From contig CAXXMB010000002.1 in assembly GCA_963668675.2 (NCBI GenBank), positions 1,024,001 through 1,088,000 of the forward strand: a DNA stretch of 64,000 bases, given 5' to 3'. Within the stretch, counting starts at the first letter, position 1; the number at the start of each line of letters is the position of its first letter. Under the pieces are notes generated by a model. It ran no database searches. It worked only from the letters and a program-made list of their open reading frames with translations, and was not told where the DNA came from. Of the stretch, positions 19,343 through 28,815 are shown piece after piece. The DNA is from an uncultured Desulfatitalea sp. (lineage in GTDB: Bacteria; Desulfobacterota; Desulfobacteria; Desulfobacterales; Desulfosarcinaceae). The translations under genes and the position numbers were made by a program.

Positions 19343-19747
19343 ATGTTTCAATTGACCATGATGGGCGGAATGATGATGGGTTTTCCGGATGTGTGCCTGA
19401 CGCCGACGCCGGCAGGCCCGATCCCCATCCCCTACCCCAACATCTCCACGGGGGTGACCACCATTCCCACCACCACAGCGCTTAACATACTGACCGACGG
19501 CATGCCGTCCCACAACCAGATGTCCGAGGTTTACATCAGCAACGGCGACAACGCAGGCGTCAACCTGGGCGTGGCCTCGGGGTCGGTGATGGGGCCCAGC
19601 GAGTTCATCCTGGGCAGCATGACCGTGCTCAAGGAGGGCATGCCCGCCCAGCGCATGACCAGCATGACCGGCCACAACGGCCTCTCCATGAACTGTCCCG
19701 GCGTCTGCCTGGCCCCCAGCCAAGTTACGGTGATGGTGATGGGCTGA
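19343..19747 (+). CDS. DUF4150 PAAR-like spike tip protein (TagD-like), no toxin domain
   Basis: FPDVCLTPTPAGPIPIPYPN, SNGDNAGV, PSQVTV; 134 aa. Confidence 0.9.
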   Translation: MFQLTMMGGMMMGFPDVCLTPTPAGPIPIPYPNISTGVTTIPTTTALNILTDGMPSHNQMSEVYISNGDNAGVNLGVASGSVMGPSEFILGSMTVLKEGMPAQRMTSMTGHNGLSMNCPGVCLAPSQVTVMVMG

Positions 19748-19783
19748 CGATGTGAAGCGCTGAAAAAAGGATCCCCTCGCTTC

Positions 19784-20539
19784 CTACGCTTTGCTGGTGG
19801 GCGCAGCTTTCGTTTGCCGCTTTTTGGGTTTACTTCCAAAGGGGCACGCCTTGATGCAGATGCCGCAAATCGGCGCATCGACCCCAGGCAGCCAGGCGAA
19901 ATTTTCGGTCAACTGTTCCACGCAACGGGTGAAGAAGAGCGCCTCATGCCTGTTCTTATAGTGGCTGTCGGTCTTCACCCCCTTGATGGCTTTGACCGGG
20001 CAGGCATCCCGGCACAAGGTGCAATCCCCGCAACGATTTTCGACCGGGCCATCGACTTCCAGGGGAGCCTCGGTGAGTATGCTGGCCAGGCGCACCCGGG
20101 GCCCATACTCGGGCGTGATCAGCAGCAGATTTTTTCCCTGCCAGCCCAGCCCAGCCATGCGGGCCACCGCTTTGTGGCTGATAGCGCCCTGCCATGCATT
20201 GCGGTCGAGCACCTGGGATGCCGGAATGGGGAGGGATCTGAAACCCTCGTTTTGCAAAACAACCGCTGTCTTAAAAGCAAGCTCATCCAGAATGCGATTG
20301 GCGGTTTGGTAGACGGCGCCATAGATGGGTGTCGGCTTGTCTGTTATCGTTTCGAAGGCCGAGAGGGGCAGCTGTACCGCTATCGATATGACCCGAGTGA
20401 ATCCGGATAGCAGGTCAGGGGGATTGACGTCCAACGCCTTCAGCGGCTCTGCATCAGCAACCCCGACCAGATCCGTGCCCCAATCAAGAACTGTTGTTTT
20501 AATTTGATGGGTAAAACCGGATGCTGTCATATGATCCAC
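19784..20539 (-). CDS. Epoxyqueuosine reductase/reductive dehalogenase-like 2x[4Fe-4S] protein
   Basis: GTDLVGVAD, ISHKAVARMAGLGWQGKN, YGPRVRL, CGDCTLCRDACP, CGICIKACP. Confidence 0.8.
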   Translation of the reverse strand: MDHMTASGFTHQIKTTVLDWGTDLVGVADAEPLKALDVNPPDLLSGFTRVISIAVQLPLSAFETITDKPTPIYGAVYQTANRILDELAFKTAVVLQNEGFRSLPIPASQVLDRNAWQGAISHKAVARMAGLGWQGKNLLLITPEYGPRVRLASILTEAPLEVDGPVENRCGDCTLCRDACPVKAIKGVKTDSHYKNRHEALFFTRCVEQLTENFAWLPGVDAPICGICIKACPFGSKPKKRQTKAAPTSKA

Positions 20540-20623
20540 CTGTCTCGTCCATGTTCAAACCATATCTGAGTATAGAGCCAGATAACAGCCACAGGCAAGC
20601 CGCAAAGTAAATTCGCCTTGACT

Positions 20624-21076
20624 TCAGGGCATCGTAGCGGCCTTGGCAAAGTTCCCAAGGGCAGTTTCGATTTTATTGATCACCTCTGTGCAAGCGTTAA
20701 TTTCGTGACGCGTGGCCAGGTACTTTGGGTCGTTGTACGAAAACCAGACCTGACCTGTTTCATCCTCCCAAATGAGCGCTTTTTGGGGGAGATCGATCGC
20801 AACGCTCTGGCGGCACTGCATCATCGGTGTGCCGACCTTTGGGTTACCAAAAATGACGAGTTGGGTGGGGCGAAGCGTTTTTCCGATCTTTTGAGCACCC
20901 TCTGCGTGATCTATCCGAATAAACACCGTCATCCCTTTTGCTTTCAATACCTTTTCGAGTCGGTCTGCGGTTGTGCCGACATCATGAGCGCTCTTTACGC
21001 TGATCATCCCACTGTCGGCCCAGGCAACCGATCCGATAAAAAATACGCCCATTAGGACGCAGAGCAGGCAACGCAT
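20624..21076 (-). CDS. DUF302 family periplasmic protein
   Basis: Signal peptide, VFIRIDHAEGA, LVIFGNPKVGTPMM, IDLPQKALIWED. Confidence 0.85.
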   Translation of the reverse strand: MRCLLCVLMGVFFIGSVAWADSGMISVKSAHDVGTTADRLEKVLKAKGMTVFIRIDHAEGAQKIGKTLRPTQLVIFGNPKVGTPMMQCRQSVAIDLPQKALIWEDETGQVWFSYNDPKYLATRHEINACTEVINKIETALGNFAKAATMP

Positions 21077-21239
21077 GGCTTCTCCTCCTTATTCCGATGG
21101 CTGGATTATGGACTTGGCCATTCATCAATAGAACGTATCAATCACAACATTAGACAGCACCCATTATTGTAAAGTTACTCAGTGGTCTGTACAGCCCACT
21201 GAATCGGAAACCGCAATGCTTTCTGATGGAATGCTTCGA

Positions 21240-24200
21240 TCACGCCTGTTGAAGGGTTGCCTGGACGGCAAGCCCTATCTTTTCAAGGGTGTAGGGCTTT
21301 TTGATCATACGGGACACCCCCAGGCGCTTCACCTCCCTTATGCGGTCGGTTTCTGAAAAACCACTCGCGACAATCGCCTTCTGGCCCGGATGGAGGCGAA
21401 TCGCCTCCCTGTAAGTGTCCAATCCATCCATGCCCGGATCCATAATCATATCCAGTACCAGTAAATCGACCGCCTGCGCTTTAAGATAGACCACCGCCGC
21501 TTCTCCGCTGGAGACGGTAGCGACCTGATAACCCAATTCAGACAAAATGGCGGATGCAATCTCCCGCTGCTCCCGGACATCATCCACCACCAGGACGGAT
21601 TCGCCGTGGCCCCGGTATTCATCCATCGAGAGCGCCTCACGCTTCTCGACCGGCTTTCTGGTGACCGGGAAGTAGAGCGTAAAGCGGCTGCCCTCTCCCT
21701 GATCACTTTCAAAATCGATGTAGCCATTGTGATCCTTGACCACCCCCCAGACCACGGCCATTCCCAGCCCGGTACCGCTACGTCCCATCTTCTTCTTCGT
21801 GTAAAACGGCTCGAAGATGTGGTTCATGTCTTCCTTAGAGATGCCAACGCCCGTATCCAGAATGGTCAGGGCCGCATAATCGCCCTCTTTGACCATGTCG
21901 TACCCTTTGACGGGACGATCGATGTAGCAGTTTTCCGTGGAGATGGTGATATCGCCTTCCTCCTTTGTTGCCTCCAACGCATTGATGACCAGATTCATCA
22001 GCGTTTTGGTCAGGTGGGCGGGTGAACCGCTGATGTTCATCAGGTCGGTACTCAACCGGGGCGTGACGCGGACCTGTGGATAATACGAAAGGATCTTTTC
22101 ATGCTCCGGGCTCGCCAGATATTCCTGGACGATCTCGTTGAGATTGATCACCTCCGTCACCTCCAACCCCCTTCTGGCCAGGGTAAGCAGATCTTGAACG
22201 ATGGTGGCCGCCCGCTTGCCGGACTTCATAATCGTCTCGACCGGTTCACGCATCTCGTCATCCGGGTCCATCTGGTGGAGCAGCAGTTCCGGATAGCTCA
22301 CCAGACCCGAGAGAATATTGTTCAAATCGTGGGCAACACCCCCTGCCAGGTTACCGATCGCCTCCATCTTCTCGACGCGGCGCAGACGAACTTCCAACTG
22401 CTCTTTCTCCCTGGCCTCCTTTTTACGATTGGCGGCACCAATAGCCAGCGAGACCATATCGGCGATGGAGTGGGCAAAATTGCGCTCATCCATATGCCAA
22501 TTGCGTTTGACGTTCACCTGTTCAAAGCTGACCAGCCCCGCCATTGCGCTGTCGACAAGCACCGTAGCATCCAGCATCGAACGGATGCCCAGCTCCATTA
22601 TATAATCGTTGCGAAGACATATCAGTCGTGGGTCTTCCATGGCGTCCGATGCCGCAATGGTCCGACTGGATTCAAGGGATCTCAGATAGACGCGATAGTC
22701 CTCCACCCTGAACTCACCGCCTGGGGTGTGGCGACCGTCACCGAGCAGATAGATGTCGTGACACCTGACCTTCAAACCATGTTTATCAAGCAGCCATACA
22801 CTGCTGCGGTCGGCCTGCAGCGTCTTGCCGGCCGCCTCCATTATCACCTGCAAGGAGGCATCCAAATCACCGGTCTGTAAGGATTGGTCCCCTGCCAACC
22901 GCAGCAGGGCTTTGTTTTGCAGCCTCAGCCTCACCTGACTGTCCGACTGGAGGGATTCAGCCCTTTTTCGTTCAGTGATCTCCTTTTCCAACTCATGGGT
23001 CCGTTCACTGACCAGATCTTCAAGGTTGTCCCGGTGCATGGCCAGTTCAATTTTTGATGCTTCAAGATCGCCAATATGGCGCTCGACCGTGTCGGCCATG
23101 TCATTGTACGCCGTGGAGAGTTGTCCCATCTCATCCTTGGACGATGGCACCAGACGATGGCCGCGATCGCCCTCCTGAAAGCGTCGAATGCCGCTGATCA
23201 TGTTTGTAATTCTTCTGGTCAATAGGGCAGCCATGAAGATGGCGATGCCGATGACGATGACGATCATGATACTGGTGTAGAACGAGAGATCCTTAAACGC
23301 CTTTTGGAGCGTTGTTTGAATGAGGGCTCGACTCTCCCGCTTTTCAGACGCCAAATTTTCGGCAAATTGCGCCTCGATATGCTGAATGGTTTCGGCGGTC
23401 TCGATGGCCGGGCGATGAAACTCATCCACATTTGCGCCGATGGTCACATAACCGAACCCGCGCGGATGCTGCCCGTAGATGCCGGTGTGGTAGGGAATCG
23501 CCGCAGCCGTGGTCAATTTCCACAATCCGCTCCAGAAGATCAGAAACGAACCGGAGCCGCCATACTGGGTCAGGTTGTGCCAACCGTCGCATTGGGGCGC
23601 AAAATTGAGGTAGCGGCCGTCCAGCCCCAGCATACCGGCATCGGTCAACGGCTTGGCCGGCTTTTTGGAGAGGCGCTGCTCCTTGAACTGAGGTGCCCGT
23701 TTCTCAAAAGTCGCCATCGACCCATTGCTGCCCTTCCAGATCGCATACATCTCCTCATCCAGCCAGGGAACCGCCTGTTCGCCGGTTTGCGGATCATAGC
23801 CAACGATGAAATAGTCCCTTGGGTGGCTGATGTTGCGCCCCTTGTAGTCCCACATAAACGAATAGTTGCCGCTGCCGGCATCCGAAATGGCCGAATAGCG
23901 CTGATCGGTGGGGATCGGATGATCGGTGTACTCCATGATGTGAGTGTGGTCCAACGCCAGGGTGACATAGCCGCTGATCCGGCCGTTTTGAACGACGGGG
24001 GCAGCCCACCGCACCAATCCCTGAAAGCGGATACCCACAGGGTTCTCCTTGCCGGCATATCCCGACTTTTCAGGTTCGAATGCGATGCCCTTCTGTTCGG
24101 CCCGCTTCCGCGTATAGGGGCCGATCATGTGCCCTTTGATATAGGGCCCGATCACTTCCGAGACATAGATCTCCCCCGGTTTCAATTTGAGCAGTTCCTG

Positions 24201-24920
24201 GAAATAACGCTCTGCGCGACAATAGGTATTTCTGTAATCGGAGATATTTTTAAGAGACGTGGGTAAAACATTCGAGGTGGTCACCTTGACCCGCTCCTGC
24301 CCCGTCAAATCCACAAATGTCATCTCAAGATAGGTCGGCCGCTCTTCGACAACCCCATCCCCATCGGGCGCCCGATAGTTGAAATCACGCCGGTTGTCAT
24401 CATTTCTGGCCGAAACCACCTTCGTATCACCGATATCGAAAGGCCGGTCATCCACCCACTTTTCACCAGCCGGATCCATAATCCACGGACCGTGAAAAAT
24501 GACCGGGTGTTGTCGGGCAGCGACAAAACGCTCATACTCGGCACGGTCTGGACTCAATTGGGACGCCAGCCGGATGTCAACATCTCTGTCGTACAAAAAG
24601 TGAGCCACAGCCCTGGCCGTATCGGTGGTCAACCGCTCGATGGCTTCCCGGGACTTCTGATCCAGCGCCCGAATGGAGTTCTTCGTGGATAGATCGCTGA
24701 CCTCCTTCACCGCCTTACTGGTTCCGGAAATAATAGCGACATATTTACGCTCAACAGCACTGCCCAAACTAAAGATTTCGTCCCAGGCAACCCAGGCCAG
24801 CAACACCAGCGGAACCACCTTGATCAAGATAAAGATGGCGATCAACTTGGTACGAATTCCAGGCGAGTATCGAAACTTAGGCAAAACAGTTCTCCATTCT
24901 AGATAACTAAACGATAACAC
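21240..24920 (-). CDS. Hybrid sensor histidine kinase (TM, large Cache-like periplasmic region, HAMP, GAF, HisKA, HATPase, REC); start uncertain
   Basis: DEMGQLSTAYNDM (HAMP), LAGGVAHDLNNIL, NLVINA, DTGVG, FEPFYTKK, GTGLG, VLVVDD...LLVLDMIM. Confidence 0.92.
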   Translation of the reverse strand: MLSFSYLEWRTVLPKFRYSPGIRTKLIAIFILIKVVPLVLLAWVAWDEIFSLGSAVERKYVAIISGTSKAVKEVSDLSTKNSIRALDQKSREAIERLTTDTARAVAHFLYDRDVDIRLASQLSPDRAEYERFVAARQHPVIFHGPWIMDPAGEKWVDDRPFDIGDTKVVSARNDDNRRDFNYRAPDGDGVVEERPTYLEMTFVDLTGQERVKVTTSNVLPTSLKNISDYRNTYCRAERYFQELLKLKPGEIYVSEVIGPYIKGHMIGPYTRKRAEQKGIAFEPEKSGYAGKENPVGIRFQGLVRWAAPVVQNGRISGYVTLALDHTHIMEYTDHPIPTDQRYSAISDAGSGNYSFMWDYKGRNISHPRDYFIVGYDPQTGEQAVPWLDEEMYAIWKGSNGSMATFEKRAPQFKEQRLSKKPAKPLTDAGMLGLDGRYLNFAPQCDGWHNLTQYGGSGSFLIFWSGLWKLTTAAAIPYHTGIYGQHPRGFGYVTIGANVDEFHRPAIETAETIQHIEAQFAENLASEKRESRALIQTTLQKAFKDLSFYTSIMIVIVIGIAIFMAALLTRRITNMISGIRRFQEGDRGHRLVPSSKDEMGQLSTAYNDMADTVERHIGDLEASKIELAMHRDNLEDLVSERTHELEKEITERKRAESLQSDSQVRLRLQNKALLRLAGDQSLQTGDLDASLQVIMEAAGKTLQADRSSVWLLDKHGLKVRCHDIYLLGDGRHTPGGEFRVEDYRVYLRSLESSRTIAASDAMEDPRLICLRNDYIMELGIRSMLDATVLVDSAMAGLVSFEQVNVKRNWHMDERNFAHSIADMVSLAIGAANRKKEAREKEQLEVRLRRVEKMEAIGNLAGGVAHDLNNILSGLVSYPELLLHQMDPDDEMREPVETIMKSGKRAATIVQDLLTLARRGLEVTEVINLNEIVQEYLASPEHEKILSYYPQVRVTPRLSTDLMNISGSPAHLTKTLMNLVINALEATKEEGDITISTENCYIDRPVKGYDMVKEGDYAALTILDTGVGISKEDMNHIFEPFYTKKKMGRSGTGLGMAVVWGVVKDHNGYIDFESDQGEGSRFTLYFPVTRKPVEKREALSMDEYRGHGESVLVVDDVREQREIASAILSELGYQVATVSSGEAAVVYLKAQAVDLLVLDMIMDPGMDGLDTYREAIRLHPGQKAIVASGFSETDRIREVKRLGVSRMIKKPYTLEKIGLAVQATLQQA

Positions 24921-25090
24921 CAGTAAAATATCGGCACTTTTGACCCAAAACCTTAGCTGCGGTCAAATTCAGCTCACCTCTCCCATCGCGATCAGATGAA
25001 AGATAAAGCTAATCCGCAGCGGGATAAGGGAGAAAGAAGAGGCAGGTGTTTATGCAGAAGGGCAATTTTGAATGCAGCTTTCCAGGGATA

Positions 25091-25783
25091 TCACTCCTTC
25101 ACCAACAGCCAAACCGTATCAAAATAGTCGATCATAAAATCGCCGTTCGAATGCCTTTCACACCGATCGAGACGGCGCTCTATCTCCTCTTTATAGGCGT
25201 CGCTCCATTGCTCATCCGGATGGGATGCCGTGCAATAGGCGTAGAGGTCATCAAGCCCGCTGCACGAAAAGAGCGGACGAATCTCATTTTTAAACGTCAA
25301 CCTGAATCCGTTGCCGATCGCCGACTCGATGGCCTTGATCGCACTCAAACTGCTCTCCGTCTCTTCATTGAAGATCTTCAAGATTTTGCCCGACGCGCCC
25401 CTGCCGCGGACAGGCTCCAGAATGAGCATCTTCCCTCCAGGTCGCAATACCCTTCTGCCCTCCTGCAGGGCCCTCAACTGGCTTTGATCGGGGACATGAT
25501 GCAATGATTCATTAAACATAACCGCATCGAATGAATCGTCCGCAAAGCAAAGAGCTTCAGCCTGCCCCACCAGAAACTGCAAATTCTCTTTTTTGTATCT
25601 CTTTCTCGCGGACCTCACAGAAGCACTGCCAGGATCAAATCCAACGGCAGCCCCGACCTGCTGCGCCACGAAGAAGGTCTTTTCACCATCCCCGCAACCC
25701 ACATCAAGCACCCGGTCATCCTCACCACCAGCAGCAAGCTGCAAAATCGTCTCTTTCTGAATCCCCGTACAATCAAAAATCAT
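25091..25783 (-). CDS. Class I SAM-dependent methyltransferase
   Basis: RVLDVGCGDG, DDSFDAV, ESLHHV, RRVLRPGG. Confidence 0.85.
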   Translation of the reverse strand: MIFDCTGIQKETILQLAAGGEDDRVLDVGCGDGEKTFFVAQQVGAAVGFDPGSASVRSARKRYKKENLQFLVGQAEALCFADDSFDAVMFNESLHHVPDQSQLRALQEGRRVLRPGGKMLILEPVRGRGASGKILKIFNEETESSLSAIKAIESAIGNGFRLTFKNEIRPLFSCSGLDDLYAYCTASHPDEQWSDAYKEEIERRLDRCERHSNGDFMIDYFDTVWLLVKE

Positions 25784-25822
25784 CGCTATGAACCCATCTA
25801 ATCAGAAGTATAACATCACCGG

Positions 25823-26485
25823 TCAGCCGCTTTCCACATCTCCACCTGCAGCTCTATTTCGGAACAACTGCATATAGAAATATTGCCCCACCTTCACCGT
25901 CTTTCCCGAAACCATTGGAACGACGCCCATCAACTCCTCCGGGGAATACCTCGACGTCAAAGGGGGACCAAAGGGTGTCTCTCTCTTCTCTATCTCCACA
26001 ATTGCCAACAAGGCATCCGGTTTAAGGACGCGCCTCACCTCCCGGATAAAATCCTGCATTTGAGTCCTGGAAAAGATATGTATCACCGTTGATATGTAGA
26101 CAAGATCTACGGAAGACTCCCGCAGAAGCGTCGGCCGTGTTATATCCCCCTCTATCACCTCGATATTGACCGCTTCCATTTCCCGCTCGAGCGCATTTAA
26201 GAAAGAGCGATCTCTATCCAGCGCATATACCATCCCGGATGGACCAACCTTCTTAGAAAACAGCATCGACATATACCCATTGCCACAGCCCGCATCCACA
26301 ACCGTCTGCCCATGGCAAACATTCAAAGCATCCAGCACAACGCCAGTCTCCAGAAGCCCTTCTGTGAATTTTGCCCTGTGCTGCTGCTTTGCTTTCAAGA
26401 TGTCATCCTTTACCACTTTAGCAAAAACCCTGCTATCATTTGAAGCTCTGCCTTCGTCTTGTAATTCACCCTTCGAGTTTCGCAA
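25823..26485 (-). CDS. Class I SAM-dependent methyltransferase (true start possibly TTG ~26398)
   Basis: VVDAGCGNG, VYALD, SVDLVYISTVIH, RRVLKPDA, TPFGPP. Confidence 0.82.
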   Translation of the reverse strand: MRNSKGELQDEGRASNDSRVFAKVVKDDILKAKQQHRAKFTEGLLETGVVLDALNVCHGQTVVDAGCGNGYMSMLFSKKVGPSGMVYALDRDRSFLNALEREMEAVNIEVIEGDITRPTLLRESSVDLVYISTVIHIFSRTQMQDFIREVRRVLKPDALLAIVEIEKRETPFGPPLTSRYSPEELMGVVPMVSGKTVKVGQYFYMQLFRNRAAGGDVESG

Positions 26486-26505
26486 AATCTACACGCGGAG
26501 GTAAG

Positions 26506-26673
26506 TCCAGTGGGTGGTCTGCACCTCGTCAGCATTACATTTTAGTGTCGTTTAGCTGCTGTGGAGGATCAGCGGCCCGGACTGTTTGACCGTTAGCGAG
26601 TTTCCGGGCCGCCCGGAAGAGCAGCTTAGCGACACTTAAATGCGTTTGCGTGAGGTGCAGACCACCCAATGGA
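26506..26673. repeat. Long rod-like hairpin element, copy 1
   Basis: Nested inverted repeats: TCCAGTGGGTGGTCTGCACCTC/GAGGTGCAGACCACCCAATGGA; CATTTTAGTGTCGTTTAGCTGCT/AGCAGCTTAGCGACACTTAAATG; GCGGCCCGGA/TCCGGGCCGC around CTGTTTGACCGTTAGCGAGTT. Confidence 0.85.
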
Positions 26674-26733
26674 TTCGCCGGATCATGAACCCAGAAAGTT
26701 GAGTTGTAAGCTTTTATAACTCAACCCCATCCC

Positions 26734-27345
26734 CTACGGCACCACCCAGAAGGACTTCACTCGATCGTTGTCCCACTGAAACCGCGCCCTGTTGTTTCCC
26801 GTTTTGCTTAGCCGCAGCCAGTCGATGCTATCCACTATCCCTACAATAGCGGCAAAATTCGAGCGGCCCGCATCGGAATGCATCAGATGAGACAGCTGCC
26901 GGACCAGCCGGGCAGGCAAACCGGATGAGGGCTGGTCTATTGGCGTACCCGGGGGATGTTCGGTGCAGTAGTTGAGGCGGCTGAAGCCGTTTACCTGCGC
27001 CCAGCAGGCGTCCGCCACCCGATCATCGGTGTGCACCGCGGCCGGACCGGAGATGCGCAGTTGAATCTGTTTGCGCGGGTGGTAAAAGAGCCATTGCACA
27101 TGTCCATGCTCCCGAATCTCACCCACCTTGGCCGCCCGCGCGTCTGAAAAGCAGGTCAAGGTCCGCTCTTTTTCATCTGCGCCACGTAATATAACCGTGC
27201 GCACCTGGCAGCCCTGGGCACTATCCGTGGCAAGCGATACACAATGCATCGGATCTCGTGAATGGGCAACTCCTCTTCCAAGCAGAGCCCAAACCTTCGA
27301 GCGCACCTGCGCAAAGATTTCCTGATCCATGCCGCTTTTCATCAT
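26734..27345 (-). CDS. Pyridoxamine 5'-phosphate oxidase-family FMN-binding protein
   Basis: LAT...VRTVILRG, FSDARAAKVGEI, WLFYHPRKQIQLRISG, IDWLRL...RARF. Confidence 0.85.
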   Translation of the reverse strand: MMKSGMDQEIFAQVRSKVWALLGRGVAHSRDPMHCVSLATDSAQGCQVRTVILRGADEKERTLTCFSDARAAKVGEIREHGHVQWLFYHPRKQIQLRISGPAAVHTDDRVADACWAQVNGFSRLNYCTEHPPGTPIDQPSSGLPARLVRQLSHLMHSDAGRSNFAAIVGIVDSIDWLRLSKTGNNRARFQWDNDRVKSFWVVP

Positions 27346-27457
27346 TGATCATTTTCCTCAGGTATGAGGTGAAAAACAACAGGAGGATCCGTATCACCAT
27401 TTCCCTGGAAATTAAATGGAGATCGCCATAAGTCATCGATTCAAAACCAATGGAGGC

Positions 27458-27631
27458 GTGTCTGGCAGGAGGTGCCCAATGCCTTCATCGTATGGTTTTA
27501 CCGCCGCTTGGATGCAGTGGAGGATAAGCGGTCCGCACTGTCTGAGCGTAACGAGTTTGCGGACCGCCCGGAGCGCATCATAGCGGCAGTTAAATCATGG
27601 AGCGTTTCATTGGGCACCCCCTGCCAGACAC
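27458..27631. repeat. Long rod-like hairpin element, copy 2
   Basis: GTGTCTGGCAGGAGGTGCCCAATG/CATTGGGCACCCCCTGCCAGACAC; ATGGTTTTACCGCCGCT..GATGC/GCATC..AGCGGCAGTTAAATCAT; GCGGTCCGCA/TGCGGACCGC around CTGTCTGAGCGTAACGAGTT. Confidence 0.85.
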
Positions 27632-27782
27632 CCCGGCTCCCACCCATTCACTGCATAAACATCACCTTCCTCGAATTAAATTTCGAAAAATTTCGTTTAC
27701 GGAACCCTTCAGACTATTTAAAAATAGACCGATATTCATTATCGAAAGCCTTGAGCCCAAAACTTAAATCAACGGACCCGAT

Positions 27783-28514
27783 ATGATCAATCGCATCGTC
27801 GCCATTCTGTTTCTCGCCTTTATGGGGATCTCCTCAGCCCTCTTTTTCATCATCGCCGTGATGATCCGGCTCTGCACCGCCCCCTTCGACCGCCGCCTGA
27901 CCTGGCTGCACCAGTTCACCTCATTCTGGGCCTGCCTCTACCTGTGGGCCATGCCCGCCTGGTCGGTTACCGCCTCCGGACGCAAGAAAATCCATCGCGG
28001 CGCCACCTATGTGGTTGTCTCAAACCACCAGTCCGGCCTCGACATTCTGGTGGCCTTCCGCCTCTTCTTTCACTTCAAATGGGTCTCCAAAATCGAAATG
28101 TTCCGCGTCCCCTTCATCGGCTGGAACATGCGGCTCAACCGCTACATCAAAATCATTCGGGGAGAGGAGGAGAGCCGACGGCTGATGATGGCCGACTGCG
28201 AGCGCACCCTCTCCGAAGGATCCTCAGTCTACTTCTTCCCCGAAGGAACGCGCTCCAGGACCGGGCAACTGAAACCGTTCAAGCCCGGTGCCTTCATCCT
28301 GGCCCATAAGATGAAACTGCCCATCCTCGCCATTGCCATCAACGGCACCAAAGACGCTCTCCCCAAAGCCAGCTTGAATTTTCACGGCCGCCACCGCTTC
28401 CGCATCGAAGTGATCGGGGAGATCCCTTACGACACCTTCGCCAACCTGAGCGTGGCGGAGACCGCCGAAATGGTTCGTGCCCGCATTGCCGAGCATGTGG
28501 ACGACCACCATTAG
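27783..28514 (+). CDS. Lysophospholipid (1-acyl-sn-glycerol-3-phosphate) acyltransferase family
   Basis: SNHQSGLD (HX4D), FFPEGTRS, FKPGAF. Confidence 0.9.
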   Translation: MINRIVAILFLAFMGISSALFFIIAVMIRLCTAPFDRRLTWLHQFTSFWACLYLWAMPAWSVTASGRKKIHRGATYVVVSNHQSGLDILVAFRLFFHFKWVSKIEMFRVPFIGWNMRLNRYIKIIRGEEESRRLMMADCERTLSEGSSVYFFPEGTRSRTGQLKPFKPGAFILAHKMKLPILAIAINGTKDALPKASLNFHGRHRFRIEVIGEIPYDTFANLSVAETAEMVRARIAEHVDDHH

Positions 28515-28678
28515 CCCATCAGGATCGAACAACGCCCTCTTTTTGCGCCGCTTTTTTGACAGCCTGCCCCTGCCGGCGTCAAAACCAAAGCGTTTCAGCC
28601 ACCTTTCCCATGCTCATCTCCGCCTTTAATATACTTTTAATATTTTGTTATAATTGGATATTTAAAATTTCAATGTTG

Positions 28679-28694
28679 AGGCACGCAATTTGCT
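28679..28694 (+). promoter_or_regulatory. Sigma-54 (-24/-12) promoter upstream of the mshM-like operon
   Basis: AGGCACGCAATTTGCT has GG-N10-GC and matches TGGCACG-N4-TTGCW at all but the first base; AT-rich tract immediately upstream. Confidence 0.7.
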
Positions 28695-28815
28695 AATCTT
28701 TTTACAGCCTTCATAGGTGCCGTATATCCGGTCCGCAAAAGACCCACATGGCCGATCGGATCGGCTACCGGTGAAGATCATTAAAAGATGGACTGACGAA
28801 AAGGACGGCATTCGA

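Noticed and set aside
19784..20539. Calling this gene queG or a respiratory reductive dehalogenase
   Set aside because: Short (251 aa), no Tat signal or rdhB partner, no queuosine context; only family-level assignment is supportable
26506..27631. The two long hairpins as CRISPR repeats, canonical attC sites or simple terminators
   Set aside because: Only two copies ~950 bp apart, with no repeat-spacer pattern or cas genes; no RYYYAAC...GTTRRRY termini; far too long for terminators and no U-tract
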